A stretch of DNA of 64,000 bases from Opitutaceae bacterium. Its GTDB lineage: Bacteria; Verrucomicrobiota; Verrucomicrobiia; Opitutales; Opitutaceae. A program made the position numbers and the translations under genes. Of the stretch, positions 9,045 to 18,800 are shown piece by piece. Under the pieces are notes generated by a model. It had not been told where the DNA came from. It worked only from the letters and a program-made list of their open reading frames with translations, and ran no database searches. Positions within the stretch are counted from its first letter, which is position 1. Each line of letters opens with the position of its first letter. The stretch lies in assembly GCA_047602505.1 (NCBI GenBank), contig JASGHD010000001.1, positions 2,911,929 through 2,975,928 on the forward strand, in the 5' to 3' direction.

Positions 9045-9929
9045 TCAGCTCCGGACCGGCTCGGCGGCCGCCTCGACGGGAGGCAGCGCCGCACCACCGC
9101 CGATCGCGGCGACATTCGTGGCCGCGGCGGCCGCGGGAGCGACGGTCGCTGCCGGCCGGTAGGTCCAGTAGAGGAAGAGGCCGGTGAAGAGGAAGCCGCC
9201 CACGAAATTGCCCAGCGTCACGGGAATCTGGTTCCAGATCCACCAGTCGGCGATCGAGACCTTCGCGCCGAGCAGCATGCCGGCGGGGATCACGAACATG
9301 TTCACGACCGAGTGTTCGAACCCTTGGCCGAAAAAGGTCAGGATCGGCAGCCACATCGCGACGATTTTGCCCACGGTCGAGGAGCTCGTCATCGCCATCA
9401 CGACACCGAGACAGACCATCCAGTTGCATAGCACCGCCTTCACGAAGGCCGTGGTCCAACCCGCGCCGCCATGCGCCGCGAAGGCCGTGGTCTTCGCCTC
9501 CGCGATCGCGACCAGGCGCGGCCCGATCCCGCCGGCGACTTCGCTGCCGCAGCTCGTGAGCACGAGCCAGAGCAGCGCCGCATACGCGAGGCTGCCGATC
9601 AGATTGCCCAAGAACACCCAGGCGAGATTGCGCGCCACCGTGCCGAGCGGTCGGCGCCCGGCGACGCCGGCAAGCGACACGATCGCGAAACTGCCGGTGA
9701 CCAGCTCGAGGCCGAGCAGCACGATCATCACAAAGCCGACGGGGAAAACGAGCGCGCCCACGATCGGTGTGGTCTGGGCGGTGGTCGTGATGGCGAGGCT
9801 GGTGGCGAAGCCCAGCAAGGCGCCGGAGAGAAAGCCGCGGATGAGCAGGTCGCGGATCGGCAGGCCGGCCTTGGCCTCGCCGGCGGCGACCATCGCCCGC
9901 GCGATATCGGAGGGTTTGACGTAGTCCAT
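9045..9929 (-). CDS. Formate/nitrite transporter (FNT) family channel; a possible nitrite or hydrosulfide channel.
   Basis: Start MDYVKPSDIARAMVAAGEAKAGL. It has six TM helices with FNT signatures (LLIRGFLSGALLGF…, FEHSVVNMFVIPAGM). It is the first gene of an operon with the haemoprotein and flavoprotein genes. Confidence 0.8.
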   Translation of the reverse strand: MDYVKPSDIARAMVAAGEAKAGLPIRDLLIRGFLSGALLGFATSLAITTTAQTTPIVGALVFPVGFVMIVLLGLELVTGSFAIVSLAGVAGRRPLGTVARNLAWVFLGNLIGSLAYAALLWLVLTSCGSEVAGGIGPRLVAIAEAKTTAFAAHGGAGWTTAFVKAVLCNWMVCLGVVMAMTSSSTVGKIVAMWLPILTFFGQGFEHSVVNMFVIPAGMLLGAKVSIADWWIWNQIPVTLGNFVGGFLFTGLFLYWTYRPAATVAPAAAAATNVAAIGGGAALPPVEAAAEPVRS

Positions 9930-10181
9930 GTGACGCTGAGTTGGTGGTTTTGCGCAGCGGGCGGAGTGGGCTCCCGAAGCCCCGGACCGAGCAATGCCGA
10001 TGCCATGGGCAGCCGCACCTGCGTGGTAGTGAGTGCCTTCCTCCGCGCGCGCGCCGCCATAAGTTGCGCGCATACCTACGAGTGCCGCTCGCGTCTCCGG
10101 CCTGCCGACTTCTCCCGGATACACGCGGGTGGTGGCGGTTGCGCGCTGGCGGCGGCGAGGGAAACCGTTCAACTGCGTCGC

Positions 10182-11954
10182 ATGCCGCGTTCGCCCTGGT
10201 CCGCGTATCTCGACGGCCGCTTCGATGCCGCGCACCCGCGCCGCACGCTCTGGCGCCTGCTACTCGCCCAGCGCCGCGACCTCGGCGCCGCCACGCTCTA
10301 CTACATCGTGAAACAGGCGCCGGGCTGGGCGCTCCCGCTCGCCACCGGCACGATCATCGACGCGCTCACACCGCCGCGCGCGCCCACCGCGGGCCGCACC
10401 GTCGCGCTCACGCTCGGCATCTTCGTTGCCGTGCTCGTGCAGAACATCGTCTTCCACGGCTTCTTCGTGAAACACATGAGCCGCGCGCTCCGGCAGCTCA
10501 CGTTTCTCCTGCGCAGCTCCCTCGTCGAACGCGTCCAGCAGCTGTCCTTCTCCTTCCTCGACGAGACGCAGAGCGGCGTGCTCCAGGCGAAGCTCTTCCG
10601 CGATGTCGACAGCATCGAAGGCCTCTGCCGCCAGCTCTTCCACAGCGGCCTCAACGCCGTGCTCGTCATCGCCGCCGCCGTCGCGATCTCCCTCTCCGTG
10701 CAGCCGTGGATGACGCTCTACTTCGCCGTCACCGTGCCCGTGGGCATCGGGCTGTTGCAACTTTTCCACCACCAGTTCCAGAAACACTTCGCCGCCTACC
10801 GCGAACAGACCGAGCAGATGAACGCCCGCATGGGCGAGATGCTCGGCATGCTCGCGCTCACGCGTGCCCACGGCGTCGAGCACGAGGAGACGCGCCAGGT
10901 GCGCTCGCATCTCCACCGCCTGCGCAAGACCGGCCTGCGGCTCGACATCGTCACCGAGCTCTTCGCCGCCAGCTCATATGTGTGTTTCAACCTCCTCATG
11001 CTGCTCTGCCTCGGCTTCGCCGCGTGGTTGGTTCTCAGCGACCGTCTCAGCGTCGGGCAGGCGGTGATGTTTCACACGTACTTCGGCATGCTCGTCGGCG
11101 CCGTGGGGCAGATCATGGGTGTGTTCCCCGCGCTGGCGCAGGGCGTCGACTCCGTGCGCTCGCTGGGCGAACTCATGGCCACGCCCGAGGTCGAGGTCTT
11201 CGACGGCAAGCCGGCCGCGCCGCCGCTGCGCGGCGAGTTCGTCCTCAGCGGCGTCGCCTTCGCGTACCCGAAGACCGGATCCGCGGCGGTCGCCGCGCTC
11301 AACCTTCATGTGCGCGCCGGCGAGACGATCGCCATCGTCGGCGAATCCGGCTCCGGCAAATCCACGCTGCTCTCGCTCCTCCTCGGCTTCCGCCACCCGA
11401 GCGCCGGCCGCATCTCCGTCGACGGCCTCGACCTCGAGTCGCTCGACCTGCGCGCGTACCGCCGGCAGGTCGGCGTCGTGCCGCAGACGACCGTGCTCTT
11501 CTCCGGCTCGATCCGCGATAACCTCACCTACGGCCTCGAGGACTGGAGCGACGCCCAGCTCTGGGACATCCTCGCCCGCACCACGCTGGCCGACTTCGTG
11601 CGCTCGCTCCCGCAGGGGCTCGACACGCTCGTGGGCGAGCGCGGCGCGAAACTCAGCGGCGGCCAGCGCCAACGCCTCGCCATCGCCCGCGCGCTCGTGC
11701 GCGACCCGCGGATCATCTTCCTCGACGAAGCCACCTCCGCACTCGACACCGAGTCCGAGCGCCTCGTCCAGCAGGCGATGGAGCAGCTCACCACCGGCCG
11801 CACGACCTTCGTGATCGCGCACCGTTTCTCCACGATCCGCCACGCCCACCGCATCGTCGTCATGAAGCAGGGCAGGGCCGTCGAGATCGGCACGCACGAC
11901 GAACTCATGGCTCGCAACGGCGCCTACGCCGCCCTCCGCCGGCTGCAGGTGTGA
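10182..11954 (+). CDS. ABC transporter, fused permease/ATP-binding (type-I exporter, MsbA-like).
   Basis: Internal start MPRSPWSAYL. Six-TM exporter domain. Walker A GESGSGKST, signature LSGGQRQRLAIARAL, Walker B IIFLDEATSALD. Confidence 0.85.
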   Translation: MPRSPWSAYLDGRFDAAHPRRTLWRLLLAQRRDLGAATLYYIVKQAPGWALPLATGTIIDALTPPRAPTAGRTVALTLGIFVAVLVQNIVFHGFFVKHMSRALRQLTFLLRSSLVERVQQLSFSFLDETQSGVLQAKLFRDVDSIEGLCRQLFHSGLNAVLVIAAAVAISLSVQPWMTLYFAVTVPVGIGLLQLFHHQFQKHFAAYREQTEQMNARMGEMLGMLALTRAHGVEHEETRQVRSHLHRLRKTGLRLDIVTELFAASSYVCFNLLMLLCLGFAAWLVLSDRLSVGQAVMFHTYFGMLVGAVGQIMGVFPALAQGVDSVRSLGELMATPEVEVFDGKPAAPPLRGEFVLSGVAFAYPKTGSAAVAALNLHVRAGETIAIVGESGSGKSTLLSLLLGFRHPSAGRISVDGLDLESLDLRAYRRQVGVVPQTTVLFSGSIRDNLTYGLEDWSDAQLWDILARTTLADFVRSLPQGLDTLVGERGAKLSGGQRQRLAIARALVRDPRIIFLDEATSALDTESERLVQQAMEQLTTGRTTFVIAHRFSTIRHAHRIVVMKQGRAVEIGTHDELMARNGAYAALRRLQV

Positions 11955-11965
11955 GGGTAGGGACG

Positions 11966-12010
11966 TTTCTCTCGCAGATTCTGCCGAATGGCAGAACGAA
12001 ACGTCCGTCC
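11966..12010 (+). terminator. Nested stem-loop just downstream of the ABC exporter stop; candidate intrinsic terminator without a U-tract.
   Basis: GGACGTTTC…GAAACGTCC encloses TTCTGCC-GAA-TGGCAGAA. Not followed by a T-run. Confidence 0.35.
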
Positions 12011-12394
12011 ACGTTGTCCGAGGTGGGCGGCGTTGCCCCCAACGCCGTCGCGCGCCCGAGCCGCAGAAGACAGGCCTGCGCGCACGGCTGACTTGCCCTT
12101 CCGCCACGGGCCGAGTCCACAACCCGCTTGAGGGCAAGCGGGTCCACCCGCAAGCGAGCAGGCCCGCCTTCCGGATTAGCGTCAATGAGCGTCCATTAGC
12201 GGTTCCTCCCTTCGTCTCGCCCGCCTCCGTCCGACTTTCTGCTGAAATCTTCTAAGAAACCCGCGGCTCGCGTGTCTTCATGGGGTGGAGCCTCCACGGC
12301 TCCGTTTTCCGCCGCCATGGACGCCCCGGCCACCGCCCAAGTTTTCTCGCCACCTCCCGGTATTTCCGGTCTGGTGGCGGCGCAAACCCCGCGC

Positions 12395-12901
12395 ATGGAT
12401 CCGGAGCCACCCACCTTGGCTGCGTTGTTCGAAAAGGAGGAGAGCGGACTCCTGCGCTACGCACTCGGGCTCACGGGTCGCCGCTCTGTCACCGAGGAGT
12501 TGGTACAGGAGGCGTTTCTCCGCCTCCACCAGTCGTGGGCCGAGGTCGAGAACCCTCGCGCTTGGCTCTACCGCACCGTCCGCAACCTCTCCCTCAACCA
12601 CCTCCGCGACCACCCCGCCGAGGCCGAGCTCGATCCCGACACCGCCACCGGCGACGCGCGCTCCGCCGCCGAGCGCCTCGGCCGCGACGAGGCCGTGGGC
12701 ACCGTCCGGCTGCTCCTCGCCGAGCTGCCCGCCGCCGACCGCCGCCTCATCCACCTCAAGTACCACGAGGAGCTCCAGTATCAGGAGATCGGACGCCGCA
12801 CCGGCCTGAGCACCGGCAACGTCGGTTTCCGCCTGCACCACCTCCTCAAATCGCTCGCCGACGCGCTTCGCCGCGCCGGCATCGAAGGAAGCGAGGGCTG
12901 A
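12395..12901 (+). CDS. ECF (sigma-70 family) RNA polymerase sigma factor.
   Basis: Region-2 motif EELVQEAFLRLHQSW…YRTVRNLSLNHLRD and region-4 HTH YQEIGRRTGLSTGNVGFRLHHL. An alternative start exists at 12272. Confidence 0.75.
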   Translation: MDPEPPTLAALFEKEESGLLRYALGLTGRRSVTEELVQEAFLRLHQSWAEVENPRAWLYRTVRNLSLNHLRDHPAEAELDPDTATGDARSAAERLGRDEAVGTVRLLLAELPAADRRLIHLKYHEELQYQEIGRRTGLSTGNVGFRLHHLLKSLADALRRAGIEGSEG

Positions 12902-12903
12902 AC

Positions 12904-15624
12904 ATGAATTCCGCCAACCAACCGCCCGCTCCGCACCGCCCGCCCGACGACCAGCTCGAGGAACGCCTCGTCGCCTGGGTCCTCGGCGAGGCGTCCGACT
13001 TCGAGATCGCCGCGCTCCAGGCCGCCGTCGCCGCCCGCCCCGAGCTCGCCGCCTTCAAACGCCGCATCGAAGCCGTCCACGGTCTCGTCGCCACCGCCGC
13101 GCGCCCCGAGGCCGCGCCGCTCCGCCTTTCCCCCGACCGCCGCGCCAAACTCCTCGCCGTGATCGGCTCCGCCTCCGCTGTAGCCGGTGTCGCCGACCCC
13201 GGCCAATCCTCCGCCGCTCCCAAGCCCGCCGCTTCCACGAAACCCTCCGCCGTGCGTCTGCCGCGCCCAACCGAGCGCCCGTGGTGGCGCAACGACTGGT
13301 TCTACTCCGCCGCCGCCTGCGTGGTGATCAGTATTGGCGGACTCTGGATGCTAAGCACGGTGCCGAAGGAGAGTGAGACTGCGGCCAAGGTTGCGATGTT
13401 CGATTTGGCTGTTCCGATGGAGAGCCAAGAGAACGACGAGGCGATTGGCGCTCTGCCGGAGCCGATGAACACGGTCGGCTATTCGGAGATCACCACGGTG
13501 ATTAAGCCGGCCCCGTTGGTATTCAACGCGCCGCCAGTGGTGCCGAAGTCGACGCGTTCGCTCTCGGTGCAACCCAGCATGACCTTCGGCATGAATGCAC
13601 CGGCTGCCGCTGCGCCTCGTGCGGCTTGGTCGGCTCAACCGCAGCGCCAAGTCGAGATCGCCAGTGCGCGTGGCTATGCTGGAACGACCGATGAGGGGTC
13701 GACCGGGGTGCTGGACAAGTTCGAGGTCTCGGCGGATGCGAACTTCGGATATCAGGCGTCACAGACTATGGCGGGCACGCGCATTCGCACAGAACTCAAG
13801 GATGTCGCTTCCCCGATCTCGGGCGTCTCTAGCCAATTTCTGAAAGACACCGGCGCGACCAACACCGACTCGCTCTTGGGCTACAGCTCAAACACGGGCG
13901 CTGGTGGCCTTGCAGGAAACTATGCGGGGAAATCCGCTGCCTCCCGCGACAGCTTCCTCTCCAAGCGCAAGACCGAGCGCAACGGTGGCAAGGGTGGGGC
14001 TCCAGCTCCGGCCGCGCCGGTGGTCGGTGGCGAAGCAGAGGAAGTCGTGGTGCTCTCGCCATTCGAGGTCTCGCGTTCTCACGACTATGGCTACCTAGGC
14101 GGCAATCGTCCGGCGAAGCGTCCCAAGCACTCTGCATCCTCGGCGACCACGGCCGGCATGGGCCCGGGCGGCCTCGATCAAAACCAAGTGCTCCCGCCCG
14201 CGGCGTCCACCACGTCCACTCCGTCCACCCAGTCCACCGCCGATTCCGACAAACCCCTCCCGCGCCCCGCCCAGAAGCCGCTCCCGCCGCCTGCCGCTGA
14301 TGAAACCAGCGCCGCGCAGGAGCCCGTCTCCACGTTCTCGCTCCACGTACGCGACGCCTCGTTCAAGCTCGCGCTGGCCGCGCTCGCTGCCGGCCGCGTA
14401 CCCGATCCGGCCTCGATCCGCCCCGAGGAGTTCTACAACGCCTTCGACTACGGCGACCCGGCGCCGGGTGCGGGAGAAAAAGTCTCCTGCCGCGTCGAGC
14501 AGTCGGCGCATCCGTTCGCGCAGCAGCGCAACCTCGTGCGCATCGCCGTGCGCGTGCCGGCGACCGGTCGCGGCAGCGGCACGCCGCTCAACCTCACCGT
14601 GCTCCTCGACACCTCCGGCTCGATGGAGCGCCCCGACCGCCGCGCCGCCGTGCGCGCCGCGTTGGCCACGTTGGTCGGACTGCTCGGGCCGAACGACCGG
14701 CTCACGCTCATCGGCTTCGCGCGCCAGCCGCGCCTGCTCGCCGAGTCGTTCGATGGCGCTCACGCCAGCCAGGCGCTCGGTCTGCTCGACTCCACGCCCG
14801 CCGAGGGCGGCACCAACCTGGAAGAGGCGCTCAAGCTCGGCGGTGAGCTCGCCCGACGCCTCTTCGCCGAGGCCGCGCAGAACCGCATCGTGCTCCTTAC
14901 CGACGGCGCCGCCAACCTCGGCAACGCCGAGCCGGAGCGCCTCGCCGCCGCCATCGAGACGCTGCGCAGCCAGCGCATCGCGTTCGACGCCTGCGGCGTG
15001 GGCCTCGAGGGCGTCGAGGACGAGATGCTCGAGGCGCTCACCCGCAAGGGCGACGGCCGCTACTACGTGCTCGATTCGCCCGAGGCGGCCGACGCCGGTT
15101 TCGCGCACCAGCTCGCCGGCGCATTCCGCCCCGCCGCCGAGAACGTGAAGCTTCAGGTGCGTTTCAACCCGGCGCGCGTTGGCCGCTACCGGCTCGTCGG
15201 CTTCGAGAAACACCGCCTGCGCGAGGACGATTTCCGCAACGACGCCGTCGACGCCGCCGAGCTCGCCGCCGAGGAGGCCGCCGTGGCCGTGTACGAAGTC
15301 GAGGCGCTCCCGCAGGGCGAGGGCGAGCTTGGCGAGGTCTTCGTCCGCTTCCGCGACGCCGCGTCGAAGACCATGGTCGAGCGCTCGTGGACGTTGCCCT
15401 ACGAGTCGCGCGCCGCGGCCTTCGACCGCGCCTTGCCCAGTCTCCAGCTTGCCGGCACCGCCGCCGCGCTCGCCGAGAAACTCCGCGGTGGCCCCGCCGG
15501 CGACCGCGTCGACCTCGACGCCCTCGCACCGATCGTGAACGCCCAGCGCGCCCGCCGCCCCGACGACAAGCGCATCCAGGACCTCGCCACGCTGTTCGAG
15601 CAGGTTCGGAAGATGAAGAAATGA
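12904..15624 (+). CDS. Anti-sigma factor fused to a von Willebrand factor type-A (VWA) domain, YfbK-like (906 aa).
   Basis: The start is 2 bp after the sigma-factor stop. N-terminal anti-sigma region, then one TM helix (WFYSAAACVVISIGGLWMLSTV), a long Pro/Ala/Ser-rich linker, and a VWA domain (LNLTVLLDTSGSMERPDRR…GGTNLEEAL…IVLLTDGAANLG) with a YfbK-like C-terminal extension. Confidence 0.75.
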   Translation: MNSANQPPAPHRPPDDQLEERLVAWVLGEASDFEIAALQAAVAARPELAAFKRRIEAVHGLVATAARPEAAPLRLSPDRRAKLLAVIGSASAVAGVADPGQSSAAPKPAASTKPSAVRLPRPTERPWWRNDWFYSAAACVVISIGGLWMLSTVPKESETAAKVAMFDLAVPMESQENDEAIGALPEPMNTVGYSEITTVIKPAPLVFNAPPVVPKSTRSLSVQPSMTFGMNAPAAAAPRAAWSAQPQRQVEIASARGYAGTTDEGSTGVLDKFEVSADANFGYQASQTMAGTRIRTELKDVASPISGVSSQFLKDTGATNTDSLLGYSSNTGAGGLAGNYAGKSAASRDSFLSKRKTERNGGKGGAPAPAAPVVGGEAEEVVVLSPFEVSRSHDYGYLGGNRPAKRPKHSASSATTAGMGPGGLDQNQVLPPAASTTSTPSTQSTADSDKPLPRPAQKPLPPPAADETSAAQEPVSTFSLHVRDASFKLALAALAAGRVPDPASIRPEEFYNAFDYGDPAPGAGEKVSCRVEQSAHPFAQQRNLVRIAVRVPATGRGSGTPLNLTVLLDTSGSMERPDRRAAVRAALATLVGLLGPNDRLTLIGFARQPRLLAESFDGAHASQALGLLDSTPAEGGTNLEEALKLGGELARRLFAEAAQNRIVLLTDGAANLGNAEPERLAAAIETLRSQRIAFDACGVGLEGVEDEMLEALTRKGDGRYYVLDSPEAADAGFAHQLAGAFRPAAENVKLQVRFNPARVGRYRLVGFEKHRLREDDFRNDAVDAAELAAEEAAVAVYEVEALPQGEGELGEVFVRFRDAASKTMVERSWTLPYESRAAAFDRALPSLQLAGTAAALAEKLRGGPAGDRVDLDALAPIVNAQRARRPDDKRIQDLATLFEQVRKMKK

Positions 15625-15641
15625 GAGCCGGTCTTCCAATG

Positions 15642-15717
15642 GTAGGGCGAACCGTCCCCGGTGAGCCGAAGCTCGGCCCGCGACTGAACACGGCTCGGCG
15701 GGGACGCCTCGCCCTAC
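15642..15717. repeat. REP-like inverted-repeat element, long copy (GTAGGGCGAACCGTCCCCGGTGAGCCG…CGGCTCGGCGGGGACGCCTCGCCCTAC).
   Basis: Imperfect palindrome with arms of about 27 nt. This copy carries an extra internal segment. It lies between the anti-sigma/VWA gene and the giant gene. Confidence 0.65.
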
Positions 15718-15874
15718 CATCGGACCATCCGCCCGCTCCGTCGGATCCGTCCGCTGCCTACGCCTGACATTTCCCTGACAAACCCCTGACCCGCCCCTGA
15801 CGACTTCGCGCGCCGCGTGTGCGAGAATCACGCACCCCGCTTCCGCGCCATCGCTTTCAACCCGAAGGAACTCC

Positions 15875-18800
15875 ATGAACGCCATCACCTCGCTCGGCTC
15901 CACGATTCCGCAACTTGCTTGCCGCTTGTTCCGAGGTGGACCGCGTTGCCCTCAACGCGGTCAGACGCGATTGTTCGTTGCCGCCTTGTTCGCCCTCACG
16001 GGCGCGCTCGCCGCGGCGCCGAAACCGGCCGACACCGCGAAAACCTCCGCCACGCTCACACCTGACGGCGGGCGGATCGTCGTCGATGTGCAGGGCGTGC
16101 CGCCGGCAGTGCCGCTGTTCTTCTCGGCCGCCGCCGAGCAGACCGTGCGCCTCAGCGCCGCCGAGATCACCGGCGAGCTGCGCCTGAAACTCCACGTCGT
16201 GCAGGGCAAACCCGAGGTGCTCGCGCTCGGCCTCAGCGGCGAGGGCGAGGTCACCGAAGTGAGCGGCGAAGGCCTTGCCTCGTGGGCGGTGCGCCAAGTG
16301 CCGCTCTCCGGGAAACGTTTCCTCGACCTGCGTCCGGCGCTCGCCGAGGGCGCGCCCTTACCGCGCGATCTCGACCTCGTCGTCCGCACGCGTCTCCGCA
16401 AACCCACCGTGCCTGGCGCCGCCTCCGTGCTCATCGCCGCTCCCGGCGACGCCGTGGGCTTCGCCTCCACGATCACCCTCCAGGCCGACGCCGCGCTTGA
16501 TCTTCGCGTGACGGCCGCGAGCGGTCTCGTCGCGCTGGGCGAACAGCGCAGCCCGCGCGATCCGGTGCGTTTCCAGACCACCGGCGAGGGCGCGCTCACG
16601 GTCCGTCTCACCCCGCGCGGTGCGGCTCCGGCCGAAGCCGAGCTCCTCGGCGCGCAACTCTCCGGCAAGATCAACGAGACCGCGAAGAGCGCGGAGTTCC
16701 GCCTGCGCGCGCAGCTCCGCTCCGCGAAGGCCGGCGCGCGGCTCCCGCTCCTCAAGGGCAGCGCCGCCCCGAGCGACAAGGCCGCCGGCGACGGCTGGCA
16801 CCTCGAACTCGCGCCGGCCGACAGCGCGTTCCAGGACTACGAGCTCGTGACCGAGCGCGAGGGCGCGCTGGCCGTCGATCTGCCGTTCGCCGCCGCGATC
16901 CGCGAAGCGGGGGAGTGGCGCGTGCTCGATTTCTCGATGCCGGCCGGCGCGGTCGTGCCGATCCAGCTCGACGGTCTGCCGGCCGGCGTGAGCTTCGATC
17001 CCGAGCGGCCCGTGCTGCCGGTCGCCACGGCGCAGGGTTGGCAGGGTTTCCTCCCGGCCGACGGTGCCACGGCGCTCGCGTGGAAGCATGCCGCCAAGGT
17101 CGTCGAGGGCGCGCTGTTCTTCACCAGCAGCGAGCAGACCGATTCGCGCCTCGGCGCCGGCCTGTTGCGCCAGGAAGCGACGCTCGCGCTCCAGATTCTC
17201 CAGGGAAAACTCACCGCGCTCCGTATCCGCCTCGACGGGCCGGGCGAGATCGTGGGCGTCGAGGGCGCGAACCTCCTGAGCTGGCGCGTGGTGCCGGCCG
17301 AGGGCGCCCGCGCGCTCGAGGTGCAGTTCAGCCGCCCGATCGAGCAGACCAGCGCGATCACGGTGCGCAGCCAGACGGAGCTCGGCGGCTTCCCGATTCG
17401 CGTGGAACCGCTGCGGCTCTCGCCCGAGGGCGTTGTGCGCCACTCCGGTTTCCTGCGCGTGGCCAACGACGGCGCGGTGCGTCTCGAGGTCGCCGAGGCC
17501 TCCGGCATGATGCAGCTCGCACCCGAGCAGTATCCGACCGGCGAGCTCGACGACGACGCGGTGCGGCAGGTCTTCGTGTACCGGTTCCCGGCGGCGACCT
17601 ACAGCTACCGCCTCCTCGCCTCGCAGATTCAGCCGGAGGTCGGCGTCTCCGCGATCCTCACCTACGAGCTCGGCGAAACCGACCGCACCATCGCGGCGAG
17701 CCTCGAACTGGACATCCGCGAGGCGCCGTTGCGTGACTGGACGCTCCAGATCCCGGCCGACTACACGGTGGTCGGCGTGACCGGCGGCGACGTGAGCGAC
17801 TTCATCGCCGAATCGACCGCGGTCGACGGCCGGCGCGCGTTGAAGGTGCTGTTCGCCGAGCCGGTCGAGGGGCGGCAATTGCTCCAGCTCCGCCTCGAGA
17901 AGAACCAGGCCGCCGCGGCGGGCGAGTGGGCGTTGCCGGCGCTGCGTTTCCCCGGCGCGAAGTCGGTCCGCGGCCATATCGGAGCCGTGGCGACGCCGGG
18001 CTACCGTCTTGTGCCGGCCGGCGTCGACAAGCTCGTCGAGGTGCCGCTGAGCTATTTCCCGCAGCAGACCGCGCGGCTCCAGCAGGCGTGGCGGTTGCGC
18101 GACGCCGAGTGGTCGGCCGCGCTGAAGATCGAGGCGCTCGGGCAGAGCGTGCAGGCCGACGTTTTCCACCTCTATACGGTGAAGGAGGGCGTGGTCTACG
18201 GCAGCGTGCTGCTGAACTATTTCGTCGTCGGCGCGCCGGCGACCGAGTGGCGCCTCGCGGTGCCCGCCGAGGTGGGCAACATCGACGTGGTCGGCCAGAA
18301 CGTCCGCCGCGACTGGCGGCGCGAGGGCGACCAGCTCGTTGTTTCACTCCATCAGCCCGTGCTCGGCGCGGCGACGTTGCTCGTGACCTTCGAACAGCCG
18401 ATGAGCGCGCGCGGCGGCACGATCCAGCCCGGCCAAGTGCGCCCGCTCGGCGTGCAGGCGGAGCGCGGCTACGTGCAGGTCGTGAGCCCCGCGCAGGTGA
18501 AGCACGAGATCCGCAAGGCCGAGGGCGGTCTCCTGAAGCTGGAGCCGCTGGAGCTGCCCACCGAGTTCCGCCTGCTCACCAGCTCGCCCTCGCTCGCGCT
18601 CTACCAGTACACCGCGCGGCCGTTCGCGCTCGAGGTGGGCGTCGAGTGGTACGACGCCGGCGAGACCGTCGACCAGGTCGTCGATTTTGCGAAGCTCTCC
18701 AGCCAGATCTCCCGCGACGGCCAGGTCGTGACCGACGCGCAGTTCTTCGTGAAGACCCGCGGCCGCAAGGCTCTGCGGCTTGAGCTCCCCGCTGGCGCGA

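Noticed and set aside
14095-15903. 602-aa minus-strand ORF overlapping the VWA anti-sigma gene.
   Set aside because: Antisense high-GC artefact.
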